This document shows positions 19,367-29,546 of a stretch of 64,000 bases of DNA, in pieces. The first letter of the stretch is position 1. The number at the start of each line of letters is the position of its first letter. Source of the DNA: an uncultured Pseudomonadota bacterium (lineage in GTDB: Bacteria > Oederibacteriota > Muellerivitia > Muellerivitales > Muellerivitaceae); contig CAVYRH010000026.1 in NCBI GenBank assembly GCA_963770835.1, positions 544,001-608,000 on the forward strand. Reading direction: 5' to 3'. The position numbers were made by a program, and so were the translations under genes. A model generated the notes under the pieces. It did no database searches. It was not told the DNA's origin and worked only from the letters and a program-made list of their open reading frames with translations.

Positions 19367-19402
19367 AAGGCTCTCTTCCTTCACCGGGGGAGGGCCTTTT
19401 TT
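19367..19402 (+). terminator. Rho-independent terminator
   Basis: aaggctctcttcc...gggggagggcctttttt. Confidence 0.75.
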
Positions 19403-19616
19403 ATTGGTGGAAAAATTTTAAATGCGCGTGGTTTAACGGACAAAAAAGTTGTTGTTTAAACTGAACAGTTTTAAGGAAAACGAAATTTTAGTAACTTTTC
19501 TAAAAAAGCGCGGTATGATCTGGGTCATGGTTGAAGACCACTAAGTGGGTGGCTGACCCCTCCCTTTTTCGTTCCCCATAGAAACAAAATTTTTTTTTCC
19601 ATCCGTGAGGTGTCCT

Positions 19617-20387
19617 ATGAAAGCCCAGTTATTACTTGTCGAAGATGACCATGCTTACCAAGAAATATTACAAGTCCGCTTGGAAGCCTTGGGTTGCCAT
19701 GTTCAGGTTTCGCGATCGCCGGAAGAGCTAAAATCCCTGACCTCCCGTAAATGGGACCTGGTCGTCAGCGATTCGGAATTCGATGGGTTGGACACGGATA
19801 AACTGTTGAATTTGCTGCAACCTGCCGTCAATCCGGTTTTTTTTTACACGGAAAAAAACGCACAGGAACTGGCTCCTTTTTGGAAAGAAAAGGGTGTTAA
19901 GGAGGTTTTCCACAAATTGAGGCGGGGCGACTTAATTAAGGCGGTCCAATCCTATATGGATTCCAATCCGGCGAGTGGGGAAGAAAAGGCTGACGCCCCG
20001 GTGACGCGACTTAAAACCTTGAAATTCCTTTTGGTGGACGATTCCCCGACCATTCGAAAATTTGTCCGCAATGTCCTGGAAAGGGGTTTTGCCGGATGCC
20101 AAATCTTTGAGGCGGAGGATGGAAAAACCGCCATGCGCGAATTGACAGGCCAGCGGATGGACCTCATCGTCACCGACATGCAAATGCCGGGGGTCGACGG
20201 CCAAAGTTTCATTAAGACTTTGCACCGCAATCCGCTTTTAAACAAGAAACCCATCATCATTCTCTCGGGAATGGTGACGAAGGAAATGAAGGAAGAATTC
20301 GGGGTCGTTTCCACAGTCCGGATTCTTTCCAAACCAGCCGAGCCCGCTCTCATCGTTGAAACGGTTCATTCGCTTTTAAAAAGATAA
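19617..20387 (+). CDS. Response regulator with two receiver domains and no output domain
   Basis: LLVEDD..VVSD and LLVDDS..IVTDMQMP..DG..KP receiver motifs. Confidence 0.88.
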   Translation: MKAQLLLVEDDHAYQEILQVRLEALGCHVQVSRSPEELKSLTSRKWDLVVSDSEFDGLDTDKLLNLLQPAVNPVFFYTEKNAQELAPFWKEKGVKEVFHKLRRGDLIKAVQSYMDSNPASGEEKADAPVTRLKTLKFLLVDDSPTIRKFVRNVLERGFAGCQIFEAEDGKTAMRELTGQRMDLIVTDMQMPGVDGQSFIKTLHRNPLLNKKPIIILSGMVTKEMKEEFGVVSTVRILSKPAEPALIVETVHSLLKR

Positions 20388-20434
20388 AAAAATTTGACCA
20401 AGAGTTTTAACGCGAATCCTACAAGGAGCTTGGA

Positions 20435-21295
20435 ATGAGCCTGCCTCATCTCCTGCTGGTTGACGACAGTGATGCCATCTTGAACTTCGAGAAGGCGGTG
20501 CTCGCCGGGCTCTACCAGTTTTCCACCGCAGGGGACGGTGTGGAAGCCCTTGAGAAAATCCGCCAACTCAGTCCCGACGGCGTCCTCCTGGACCTTTCCA
20601 TGCCCCGCCTGGACGGAGACGAAGTGCTCAAGATCATCAAAGCCGACCCCGCCACTTCCGCAATCCCCGTTCTGGTGGTTTCCTCGGAGAAGGACCGGGC
20701 CGAGGCCTGCCTGAGGAACGGCGCTGAAAGCTTCCTCATCAAGCCTATCCTGGCCGACGACCTCAAAAGCCGCGTCGCCCTGATGCTGGAGTCGGCCCGG
20801 GAAAAAGAGCGGCGCAGGAGTTCGGCCTTCCTCTTCCTGGAGGTGGGACCCTGGGAGATGGGACTCCCCTTGAAACCGGTGATCTCCGTCCATTCCCAGC
20901 CGGCCACGCGGCCCCGGGAAACGGCCGAACCCCACCGTTCCCAGGACGTCGACTACTTCGGAGAGACAGTCGAGGTCCTGGACCTGGCGCCCGCCCTGGG
21001 CGTAAAGCACCGCCGGCCCCTGGAAGATCGGAAACTCCTTTTCCTCCAAGGCGGTAGGAAGTTGGCCGTCAGTGTGGACGGAGTTTGGGACCCGGAGGAA
21101 TTGATGCCCGACCAGATCCACTCTTCTGACAGGGAAGGGGAACCCTGCATCCTTTCGAGGGTCGAAAGCAGCCGCGGGCTCCTGCCCGTGGCGGACCCTG
21201 AAGCCTTTTTTTCCGAAACGCGGACTTCCTCCCTGGGGGAGAGCCTGCGGCGCTTGAGCCTGCCTGATCCTTCTATTCGGAAGGCAGGCCGATGA
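20435..21295 (+). CDS. Receiver + CheW-like domain protein
   Basis: N-terminal REC (VDDS, LLDLSMP..DG, KP); C-terminal CheW-like G..V.VLDLA..LG..LAV.VD. Confidence 0.8.
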   Translation: MSLPHLLLVDDSDAILNFEKAVLAGLYQFSTAGDGVEALEKIRQLSPDGVLLDLSMPRLDGDEVLKIIKADPATSAIPVLVVSSEKDRAEACLRNGAESFLIKPILADDLKSRVALMLESAREKERRRSSAFLFLEVGPWEMGLPLKPVISVHSQPATRPRETAEPHRSQDVDYFGETVEVLDLAPALGVKHRRPLEDRKLLFLQGGRKLAVSVDGVWDPEELMPDQIHSSDREGEPCILSRVESSRGLLPVADPEAFFSETRTSSLGESLRRLSLPDPSIRKAGR

Positions 21296-22509
21296 GCAAG
21301 GAAACCTGCCCCATGAAAACCACCGACCCTGCCCTGGAAGCCCTGAAGGAATACCTGACGGATCTCTCTTCCCGGGTGACGGGGTTCCGCCGGGATGCTT
21401 TCCGGGTCGGGGCTATCGAGAAAATGGCCCAGGAACTGGCGTCCCGGGTGGTTTCCCTTGAGGAACTGTCCAAGGATGCCCTCTGCGGGCCTGCCGAGCT
21501 GGTCTCCCGCCTGGCCGAGGCCGTACCCGTGGGCGAAACCTATTTTTTCCGCGAGCCCGAGCATTTCCGCTACCTGGAGGAAAAGCTCTTCTCCTCCCGC
21601 CCCCCGGGGCCCTTGAAGGTTTGGAGCGCGGGATGCGCCACGGGCGAGGAAACCTATTCCATCGCCGCCTGTCTCCTGGGCTGCGGGTACGGGGCGGCGG
21701 AGATCCTGGGAACCGACCTGTCCCAAGGGCACCTGGAGATAGCCCGGAAGGGAAACTACCATTCCTGGTCCCTGCGTGATTCGGGTGAGCTTTACCCGGC
21801 TTTCGGGAAAACCGGCGGGCCTTTGTTGGAAGTCCGGCCGGAGCTGAGGGAAGGGGTGCGTTTCCTGAAGCACAACCTCCTGGAGCCCCTGCCCGAGGGG
21901 GAAGGGCCTTTCGACCTCATCTTCTGCCGCAACGTGCTGGTTTATTTCACCCCCGAAGCGGCCCGGCAGGTCCTCTCCCACATGACCCAGGTCCTGGCCC
22001 CCACAGGCCTTCTTTTCCTGGGGCCGGCTGACCTGCCTTTCCCGCCGCCCGGCTTCAACCTCCACGGCCCGGCGGAACTGTCGATCTACGAAATGGCTTC
22101 CCCCGCGCAAACCAAGGCTCATCCGCCGGTGCGGCTGGTTCCGGCGCCTTGGCCCGATCCTCCCCGGCGGAAAAAGACGCCGGCGGCAAGAAAGCCCAAA
22201 ACCAAGGCCCTCCCACTGGCTTTGCACCTCAAGGTCCTGGAGGCCCTGGAGAACGAAAACGGACCGGAGGCAGGCCGCCAACTCAACCGCCTGTGCCAGG
22301 ACTTTCCCGAATACCTGCCGGGACTTTACGAAGCCGCCCTTTGGAACTTCCGGAGCCACAAAAAGGCGGCTGCTGAGGGACTGATGCGGGAATTGCTCAA
22401 GAGGCTCAAGGGCAAGGGGAACAAGGAAATCGTCCCGGGCCCCCAACCCTTGACCGTCCACTTTTACCGGGTTTCGGCCAGGACCTTCCTGGCCCGAAGG
22501 GCGGATTAA
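21292..22509 (+). CDS. cheR: Chemotaxis methyltransferase CheR with C-terminal helical extension
   Basis: ETYFFRE, WSAGCATGEE.YSIA, GTD, FDLIFCRNVLVYF. Confidence 0.93.
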   Translation: MSKETCPMKTTDPALEALKEYLTDLSSRVTGFRRDAFRVGAIEKMAQELASRVVSLEELSKDALCGPAELVSRLAEAVPVGETYFFREPEHFRYLEEKLFSSRPPGPLKVWSAGCATGEETYSIAACLLGCGYGAAEILGTDLSQGHLEIARKGNYHSWSLRDSGELYPAFGKTGGPLLEVRPELREGVRFLKHNLLEPLPEGEGPFDLIFCRNVLVYFTPEAARQVLSHMTQVLAPTGLLFLGPADLPFPPPGFNLHGPAELSIYEMASPAQTKAHPPVRLVPAPWPDPPRRKKTPAARKPKTKALPLALHLKVLEALENENGPEAGRQLNRLCQDFPEYLPGLYEAALWNFRSHKKAAAEGLMRELLKRLKGKGNKEIVPGPQPLTVHFYRVSARTFLARRAD

Positions 22510-23048
22510 TGCAAGACCCACGCCCCCAAGCCCCGCTCGACGAGGTCACGGCCAAGCTGCTCCTCTCCCGCGCTGAGCGCCTGCGCGAAAGGCCCGCGGA
22601 GGAAGCCCAGGACGTTTTTTGGGCTGCCGAATTCCCCCTGGGCGCCGAGGCTTATGCCCTGCCCCTGGAATGCTTGGTGGCCTGCCAGCCCTTGAGGCTG
22701 GTGACGCCGGTCCCGCTTTCGGACACCCGCTTGACGGGGGTGGTGAGGTTTCAAAGGAGGCTTTTAAGCGTGATGAGCCTCTCAGGTATGCTGGGCTCCC
22801 CCGGTTGGAAGCGGGATCCCTCGGTCATGCTGGTGTTGAAACTGGACGGCGAGCACCTGGTGGCGGTGGATTGCGAAGAGATACCCCGCACTTCTAGCCT
22901 CCCCCTCAAGGCCCTCGAGGAGGCCCGACGGAAGGGGAATGGAGCCTCCGTGTTGTTGATCGAAAGGCCGGGCCAGGGTCCGCTTCACCTTATTGAAACC
23001 TCCGGGCTTTTCGGGAAAACCCGCTCCGGGAGCGGCCATGGAAAATGA
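22509..23048 (+). CDS. cheW: CheW adaptor
   Basis: F.LG.E.YALPL, TPVP....GV..F...L.V; position between cheR and cheA. Confidence 0.85.
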   Translation: MQDPRPQAPLDEVTAKLLLSRAERLRERPAEEAQDVFWAAEFPLGAEAYALPLECLVACQPLRLVTPVPLSDTRLTGVVRFQRRLLSVMSLSGMLGSPGWKRDPSVMLVLKLDGEHLVAVDCEEIPRTSSLPLKALEEARRKGNGASVLLIERPGQGPLHLIETSGLFGKTRSGSGHGK

Positions 23049-25167
23049 ATTCTCCTTCATGAAGGAACTGGTGGCCGGCTTCGAGTCCGAGGCCCGGAAC
23101 CTGGTGGATTCCATCACCCAAAACCTGCTGGCGGCTGAAAAGGGAGGCCTTCCTGCCGCGGGCTACGCGGCCCATTACCAGAAGATCTACCGCGACCTGC
23201 ACACCCTCAAGGGCAGTTCAGCCACCTGCGGGCTTGCCGAGGTTTCGGACCTTTCCCATCGCCTGGAAGACGTGGTGGCGCCCTTCAAGACCGGGGCCAG
23301 CCTCCTTCCCCCGGAAACGGTGGACCTGCTCCTGAAGGGGCTGGACGTGATCCTCTCCCGGGTGCGCCTTCACGTTGCCCAGGAAGCCCCCCCTCCCATG
23401 GACCCAAAGGAATGGGAAGTTCTTCTTCAGGAAATCGAGTCGGCCAAGGCGACCCCGGGGGTCAAGATCCCCGAGGCGGCGGCCGAATCCAAGGAGACCT
23501 TGCCCGCGCAGGCGGAGGAAGCCGTGGAGACCCTGGACCTGGGGGAGGGCGGCTGGAAAGTGAACGTCCAGCAGGTCATCCGAATGATGAACGAAGTGGA
23601 ACGCCTGAGGGAACTGCAGCTGCGCTTGACGGACCAGAGCCGGCGCCTGTCCCAGGCGATGAAAGACAAGAAGCTCCTCCAGGACCCGGCGGCCCTGGAG
23701 AGCCTGCTTTTCCAGCTCCAACCCGCCCTGGTCTTCAATGCCGAGGAAACGGCCAACTTGGTGGATTCCCTGGAGGAACACCTGAAGGACATCAGCATGC
23801 TCTCCTTCAATACCATCGCCCAACCCCTCCAGCGCCAGGTGCGTGACCTCTGCCGCAGGTTCGGCAAGCAGGCCGCCCTCTCGGTGGTCGGGGGGGAGAT
23901 CCTGCTGGACCGTCGCATCCTGGACGGCTTGAAGGGACCCCTGGTGCACCTTATCCGCAACGCCGTGGACCACGGCCTGGAAACGCCCGAGGAGCGCGAC
24001 GCCAAGGGAAAGCACAAAGAAGGCGCCCTGGTGATCCGGGCCGAACAGCAGGGGAACCTGCTTTTTCTGGAGGTCTCGGACGATGGCAGGGGGGTCGACC
24101 CGGAAAAAATCCGGGAGCAGGCCGCCAAGCGCCAGCTCTTCTCCCGGGAGGAACTCAAGGCCATGGGGGAAGTCCAGTTGCGGCAGATCCTGTTCCATTC
24201 GGGGTTCTCCACCAAGGAGGAAGTGACCAGCATTTCGGGGCGGGGCGTGGGCCTGGACGCGGTGAAGACCGCCGTCCAGGATATGAAGGGGACGGTGGAG
24301 ATCACCAGCAAGCCGGGACAGGGCACCCGGTTCATCCTGACCCTTCCCGTGGAACTGGGATCCTCGCCGATCCTCACCGTCCGGTTGGGGCCCCAGACCT
24401 TCGGCCTGCCGCTCCTTTCGGTGCAGAACATCGTGCGCTCCCATCCCGAGGCGATGAAGCTGGCCCAGGACCGCTGGGAGCTGGATTACGAAGGGCGCAA
24501 CCTGCCGGTGAAGGACCTGGGCGCCCTCCTGCGCATCCGCCTGCCCCAAAAACCCACCTCGGGCCAGCCCCTACTCCTTATGCCCTTCGAGGGCCGCGAA
24601 CTGGCCCTGGCCGTTGACGAAGTGCTGGGGGACGAAAGCCTGGTCCTGCACCCCCTGCCGACGGAATTCGCCGGGGTGGAAGCCTTCCAAGGGGCCAGCC
24701 TGCTTCCCAGCGGCGAGCTGTTGCTGATCCTCAAGGCCGCCTGGCTGGGCCGACTGGAGGAGGGCCACGACCCTTTCCAGGACCGGCTCAAGGCGCTCGT
24801 GGTGGACGATTCCCTGACGGCCCGGGCCATGCACCGTAACATGCTCGAGTCGGCGGGCTACCTGGTCCACGGGGCCGGCACGGCCCGCCAAGGGCTGGAC
24901 CTTTTGGAAACCTCCACCTACGACGTGGTGCTTTGCGACGTGGCCATGGAGGGTATGGACGGCCTGGAGTTCACGCGGGTGGTCAAGGCCCACCCCCGGA
25001 CCCAACACCTTCCGGTTATCCTGGTTTCGGCGCGGGACGAGGAGAAAGACGTACGGCGCTACCTGCAAGCGGGCGCGGACGCCTTCCTCAGCAAAAGGGA
25101 CTGCAGTTCGGGCCGCCTTTTGTCCGAAGTTTCCAAGCTGCTCAAACCCAAGGGGAGGAAGCCATGA
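23038..25167 (+). CDS. cheA: Hybrid chemosensory kinase CheA (Hpt-HATPase-CheW-REC)
   Basis: LHTLKGS Hpt, HLIRNAVDHG, DDGRG, GFST, SGRGVGLD, CheW domain, C-terminal REC. Confidence 0.95.
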   Translation: MENEFSFMKELVAGFESEARNLVDSITQNLLAAEKGGLPAAGYAAHYQKIYRDLHTLKGSSATCGLAEVSDLSHRLEDVVAPFKTGASLLPPETVDLLLKGLDVILSRVRLHVAQEAPPPMDPKEWEVLLQEIESAKATPGVKIPEAAAESKETLPAQAEEAVETLDLGEGGWKVNVQQVIRMMNEVERLRELQLRLTDQSRRLSQAMKDKKLLQDPAALESLLFQLQPALVFNAEETANLVDSLEEHLKDISMLSFNTIAQPLQRQVRDLCRRFGKQAALSVVGGEILLDRRILDGLKGPLVHLIRNAVDHGLETPEERDAKGKHKEGALVIRAEQQGNLLFLEVSDDGRGVDPEKIREQAAKRQLFSREELKAMGEVQLRQILFHSGFSTKEEVTSISGRGVGLDAVKTAVQDMKGTVEITSKPGQGTRFILTLPVELGSSPILTVRLGPQTFGLPLLSVQNIVRSHPEAMKLAQDRWELDYEGRNLPVKDLGALLRIRLPQKPTSGQPLLLMPFEGRELALAVDEVLGDESLVLHPLPTEFAGVEAFQGASLLPSGELLLILKAAWLGRLEEGHDPFQDRLKALVVDDSLTARAMHRNMLESAGYLVHGAGTARQGLDLLETSTYDVVLCDVAMEGMDGLEFTRVVKAHPRTQHLPVILVSARDEEKDVRRYLQAGADAFLSKRDCSSGRLLSEVSKLLKPKGRKP

Positions 25168-26204
25168 ACCGCGAAGTCCGCGTCCTGCTGGCCGACGATT
25201 CGCCCACCATGCGGCGGGCCCTGACCATGTTTCTGTCCCAGGACCCGAGGCTGGAAGTGATCGGCACGGCCCGGGACGGCGAAGAAGTGCTCCAGATGGC
25301 CCGCTTCCTTAAGCCGGACGTTATCAGCATGGATGTGCAAATGCCCCGGTTGGACGGCCTGGAGGCCACCCGGCGGATCATGGCGGACTGCCCCTGCCGC
25401 ATCGTGGTGGTCAGTTCCCATACCGAAGACGCCGAAATGAATCTCTCCTTTAATGCCATCCAGGCCGGGGCCCTGGAATTGTTCGACAAGCCCCAGGCAG
25501 GCGCCCCCCCGGACCTGGGGGCCTGGGGCAAAAAACTCTCGGACCTCGTGGCCCGCGTGGCGGAAATGCCCTTGGGCCTGACCGGCAAATCCGGGCCTTC
25601 CGTCCCTCCCACCCTGGCCACCAACCTCGTTCCACTCGAGATCTTCGGCTTGGCGGCCTCCACCGGCGGGCCGCCGGTCCTGGCTGAAATCCTGGAAAAA
25701 CTTCCCGCCGACACATCCCTGCCGATCCTCGTGGCCCAGCACATGACTGAGGGCTTCACCCGGGGCTTCCGGCGCTGGTTGAGCCAGGTTTCCCATCTTC
25801 CCGTGGACATCGCTGAGGCGGGACAAAAACCCATGCCGGGGAGGGTCTACCTGGCTCCCGATGGCTGCCACCTGGAAGTCGAAAATGGGGCCTTCAAGAC
25901 GACGCGGTCCACGGGCGGGTACTGCCCCTCAGGGGACCGGCTTTTCCACTCCCTGGCCCGCTCCTACCGCTCCAAGGCCGGCGGCGCCGTTTTGACCGGC
26001 ATGGGCGAGGATGGGGGACGGGGCCTTTTGGAACTTAAGAAGGCCGGGGGCGTCACCCTGGCCCAGGACGAGGCCTCCTGCGTGGTTTACGGCATGCCGA
26101 AGTTCGCGCGGGACCTGGGGGCGGCCCAGCAATGTCTCACGGCGGAGCAGATCGCCCTTGTTCTCAAGCGGCTTTGTTCCACGAACGCAAGTACAACCAA
26201 ATAA
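25164..26204 (+). CDS. cheB: Chemotaxis methylesterase CheB (REC + esterase)
   Basis: N-terminal REC; ASTGG, QHM, LTGMG.DG, AQDE.SCVVYGMP catalytic motifs. Confidence 0.95.
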   Translation: MNREVRVLLADDSPTMRRALTMFLSQDPRLEVIGTARDGEEVLQMARFLKPDVISMDVQMPRLDGLEATRRIMADCPCRIVVVSSHTEDAEMNLSFNAIQAGALELFDKPQAGAPPDLGAWGKKLSDLVARVAEMPLGLTGKSGPSVPPTLATNLVPLEIFGLAASTGGPPVLAEILEKLPADTSLPILVAQHMTEGFTRGFRRWLSQVSHLPVDIAEAGQKPMPGRVYLAPDGCHLEVENGAFKTTRSTGGYCPSGDRLFHSLARSYRSKAGGAVLTGMGEDGGRGLLELKKAGGVTLAQDEASCVVYGMPKFARDLGAAQQCLTAEQIALVLKRLCSTNASTTK

Positions 26205-26218
26205 GGTTTTATATATAA

Positions 26219-27931
26219 ATGGAAAGGGATGGTATGGAAAAAAACGGAATGCAAAAGGTTCCCGCCGCGAGCGAAGCCGAGCGCAAGGCGGCCTTTTGGG
26301 AGCGGCGGAACCTGGACGAGACGAAAAAAGAAATTACGAAAGTGCCGGTGGATGTGACGGTGGATAGGGCGGTGGACCGGAAGGCTTCCTTTTGGGGGCT
26401 TCGCAACAAGGTTCTGGTCCCCGCCGTCCTCATCACCGTACTGACCGCCATTCTCCTGACGATCCAAATGGCATCTCAAATCCGGTCGATCATTTACCAG
26501 TACGAGACCACGGAAGGCTTCCTCCATTGCGACTTCCTGCTCTTTGACGCCAAACAAAAAGTGATGGACGCCAAGCCCGAGGCCGCTCGCGAATACCTGC
26601 AGGACTACCAGAACTCCCACGGCGTGCCCTATGTTTTCGTCCTGGATGGGGACGGCCATGTCGTGGCCCATACCTTCGAGGGGGATATCCCGCCGGAAGT
26701 CCAGAAACTGATCGGGCAGGAGAATGGAAAATTCGGAATGCAAAAAATCGAAGTAACTGTAGGGGGGCGACCCATGCTGGACGTTAGCGCCCCCATTCCG
26801 GACGCCCCGGGCAGCGTCCATGTGGGCATGGACCTGGGGTCGGTACAGCAACAGGTAAGGAAAGTCACCCTTTCGGCAGTCCGGACAGTCCTGGTAGTCC
26901 TTGTGGTGGGAGTGGCTCTCCTCTGGCTTATGATGAGCCGCACCCTGAAGCCCATCAAAGCCCTGACGGAAATCGCCCGCAAGATCGCCACCGAGGGGGA
27001 CCTGACCCAGAAGATCAAGATCGAATCCCGCGACGAAGTGGGCCAGATGGCCGGCTTTTTCAACGAAATGCTGGAAGCGCAGAAAAAAATGGTCCAGGAC
27101 CTGTCCTTCACCATCATTACCCTCAATGAAACGGTCCGCGACATGGAGGCCCTCTCGGAGGCCCAAAACCAGTCCGTCACGGTCCAGGCCACGGCCCTCC
27201 AACAAACCCAAGTCACAGCCCAGGAGATCAAACAAACTTCCCAGATGGCGGCCCAGAAAGCCGGCGAAGTCCTGCAAAAGGCGGAAAAAGCCGACGAAAT
27301 CGGCCGCCTCGGCGAGGAATCGGTTGAACAAAGCCTCCAGGGGCTAATGGACATCCGCCAGCAGGTCCTGGAAATCGCCGGCAAGATCGGCGACCTGACC
27401 GACCGCACCAAGCAGATCGGAAGCATCACCGACACGGTCAAGGACCTGGCCGACCAGTCCAACATGCTGGCCTTGAACGCCGCCATCGAGGCGGTCCGTT
27501 CCGGCGAGCACGGCAAGGGATTCGGGCTGGTGGCCCGGGAAATCCGCCGGCTGGCCGACCAATCCATCCAGTCGACTGGCCGGGTGAAGGAGATCCTCGA
27601 CAACATCCGGGACGCCATCGAAAAGGTGGAGCAGATCACCCGGACCGGTTCCAAGCGCATGGAAGGGGGCCTGGAGCTGGTGCGGCATTCGGGGGAGAAC
27701 CTGCGCAGCCTGGCCGGGGTGGTCAAGGACAACTCGGTCTCGGTCAAGCAGATCGCCGCGGCGGTGGAACAGCAGAACGTGGGCATCAGCCAGATATTTG
27801 GGGCCGTCACGGACCAGACACGGATGATGACCGAGGCCGTAAAACACGTGGAAGCCACCGGGGGGATGGTGAAAGTGCTGAAGGACGCCTCCGGACGCCT
27901 TTCGGGAGCCATCGGGAGATACAAGGTTTAG
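26219..27931 (+). CDS. Methyl-accepting chemotaxis protein (Cache-like sensor, HAMP)
   Basis: Two TM helices around a periplasmic domain, HAMP (DEVG), LALNAAIEAVRSGEHGKGF tip; start may be 26234. Confidence 0.93.
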   Translation: MERDGMEKNGMQKVPAASEAERKAAFWERRNLDETKKEITKVPVDVTVDRAVDRKASFWGLRNKVLVPAVLITVLTAILLTIQMASQIRSIIYQYETTEGFLHCDFLLFDAKQKVMDAKPEAAREYLQDYQNSHGVPYVFVLDGDGHVVAHTFEGDIPPEVQKLIGQENGKFGMQKIEVTVGGRPMLDVSAPIPDAPGSVHVGMDLGSVQQQVRKVTLSAVRTVLVVLVVGVALLWLMMSRTLKPIKALTEIARKIATEGDLTQKIKIESRDEVGQMAGFFNEMLEAQKKMVQDLSFTIITLNETVRDMEALSEAQNQSVTVQATALQQTQVTAQEIKQTSQMAAQKAGEVLQKAEKADEIGRLGEESVEQSLQGLMDIRQQVLEIAGKIGDLTDRTKQIGSITDTVKDLADQSNMLALNAAIEAVRSGEHGKGFGLVAREIRRLADQSIQSTGRVKEILDNIRDAIEKVEQITRTGSKRMEGGLELVRHSGENLRSLAGVVKDNSVSVKQIAAAVEQQNVGISQIFGAVTDQTRMMTEAVKHVEATGGMVKVLKDASGRLSGAIGRYKV

Positions 27932-27949
27932 TTGGTGAAAGGAGAAACC

Positions 27950-28135
27950 ATGGCGGATGAAAAATTCGACAAGGTGGTGCTGGAGATCCCGGGGGAGCCG
28001 GCCAAGGAGTTGACGCCGGGCCAATTCCGGGCCTTTCCCATCGCCCAGAGGGTGGACCTTTTGGTCAAGGGGTGCTTCAAGTTTTACAAGAACGGGGTGG
28101 TTCTCACCCCCCTGGAAGCCCTGAGGGTATCCTGA
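27950..28135 (+). CDS. Small hypothetical protein (61 aa)
   Basis: RBS AAGGAG before ATG 27950; in-operon position. Confidence 0.7.
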   Translation: MADEKFDKVVLEIPGEPAKELTPGQFRAFPIAQRVDLLVKGCFKFYKNGVVLTPLEALRVS

Positions 28136-28161
28136 AAAACGGAGCGTAAGGAGAAAGGGAT

Positions 28162-28809
28162 ATGGTCAAACGTTGGATATTGATCGTTGCGGGCATCGTC
28201 TGGCTCGTGGTTTGCGTAGGGGGGAGCGCGGTGCTGTTGCATTACGCCTCCACCCCGGGCGAGGAAGGAAAGGCCGGACCCCGGTGGCCGGACCAAAGCG
28301 GCCTGGCTTTGAACCGCGGCGGGGATACCCTGGTCATCGCCGTCCATCCCCATTGCCCCTGCACCAGGGCCAGCATTGTGGAGCTGAACGACTTAATGCT
28401 CTCCCTCAAGGGACGGATGAAGGCTTACGTGCTCGTGATGCGGCCAAAGGAATTCCCCCAAGGATGGGAAAACACCGACCTGGTTTCGAGCGCCAGGCGG
28501 ATTCCCGGCACCACGGTGGTGGTCGACGTGGACGGTGTGGAAACCGCACGGTTTGGGGCCAGGACATCGGGCCAGGCCCTCCTTTACGACCCCCAAGGCA
28601 GGCTTCTTTTCAGCGGAGGCATCACCGAGGGCCGGGGCCACATCGGGGACAACGCCGGCTTCCAGCGAATAACCTCGCTTGTCAAAACAGGAAAAGCCGA
28701 CAGGAACGACAGCCTCGTGTTCGGGTGTCCGTTGGACGCGAAATACTGTCCCTTGGAAAAAACGGACAAACCAACAGCCGGATTAAAAGGAGAAACATAT
28801 GCCAATTGA
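28162..28809 (+). CDS. RedB-like thioredoxin-fold exported protein
   Basis: N-terminal TM; HPHCPCTRAS, FGA.TSG..LYD..GRLLF.GGIT..RGH.GDN, VFGCPL motifs recalled from Myxococcus RedB-family proteins. Confidence 0.75.
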   Translation: MVKRWILIVAGIVWLVVCVGGSAVLLHYASTPGEEGKAGPRWPDQSGLALNRGGDTLVIAVHPHCPCTRASIVELNDLMLSLKGRMKAYVLVMRPKEFPQGWENTDLVSSARRIPGTTVVVDVDGVETARFGARTSGQALLYDPQGRLLFSGGITEGRGHIGDNAGFQRITSLVKTGKADRNDSLVFGCPLDAKYCPLEKTDKPTAGLKGETYAN

Positions 28810-29512
28810 AGCGGTTTCCAAAATGACCTCGAAGGAAAAAGAGAAGGTGGGGAAGCTGTTCCAGGAGAGGCGGGACGCCCATTTCCGGAAAATGGACCGG
28901 ATGTTCCAATACCTGTTGGGAGCCCAATGGATTTTCGCCATCCTGATCGCCGCCGTGATCTCGCCCTATGCCTGGGAAGGAAAGGAGAAGGTGTTCCACA
29001 TCCACCTTTACCTGGCGATTTTTATGGGAGGGGGGATCAGCCTTTTCCCAATCCTTTTGGCCCAATTCAGGCCGGGGTGGGTCGGCACCAGGCACGTGAT
29101 CGCTTTCACCCAAATGCTCTGGTCGGCCCTTTTGATCCACTTGACCGGCGGGCGCATCGAGACCCATTTCCACGTCTTCGGGTCCCTGGCCTTTCTTGCC
29201 TTTTACTTCGACTGGCCGATCCTGGTGAACGCCACTCTGGTGGTGGTGGCCGACCACCTTTTACGGGGGTTTCTCTATCCCGAATCGGTCTACGGAATCG
29301 TGAACCCCGAATGGTGGCGCTTCCTTGAGCACGCCTTTTGGGTGGTTTTCGAGGACATCATCCTTTTCTGGTCCTGTTTCAACGGAGTCAAGGGTATGCG
29401 GGAAAGCGCCCAACGCCAGGTCGAGGTGGAAAGCCTTTTAGAGAGCAATCAGCTGAAAACCGCGGCCCTGGAAATGACCCTCGCCGAACTACAGACCGCC
29501 CAAAAGGTTTGA
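28799..29512 (+). CDS. Stand-alone RedC-type membrane sensor domain (no kinase domain)
   Basis: TM bundle with GGRIETHFHVFGSLAFLAFY.DW, DH..RG..P.SVYG, WRFLEHA.WV.FE; ends in a short coiled coil. Confidence 0.72.
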   Translation: MPIEAVSKMTSKEKEKVGKLFQERRDAHFRKMDRMFQYLLGAQWIFAILIAAVISPYAWEGKEKVFHIHLYLAIFMGGGISLFPILLAQFRPGWVGTRHVIAFTQMLWSALLIHLTGGRIETHFHVFGSLAFLAFYFDWPILVNATLVVVADHLLRGFLYPESVYGIVNPEWWRFLEHAFWVVFEDIILFWSCFNGVKGMRESAQRQVEVESLLESNQLKTAALEMTLAELQTAQKV

Positions 29513-29546
29513 AGCGGGATAAAGAGTTTTACAAAGGAGAGAAACG

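Noticed and set aside
20953..22521. Long antisense ORFs (also 23218-24549, 26629-27924, 53853-55364, 56103-57596, 58472-60199)
   Set aside because: Shadow frames of GC-rich, codon-biased genes; no motifs or RBS, and they fully overlap well-supported genes.
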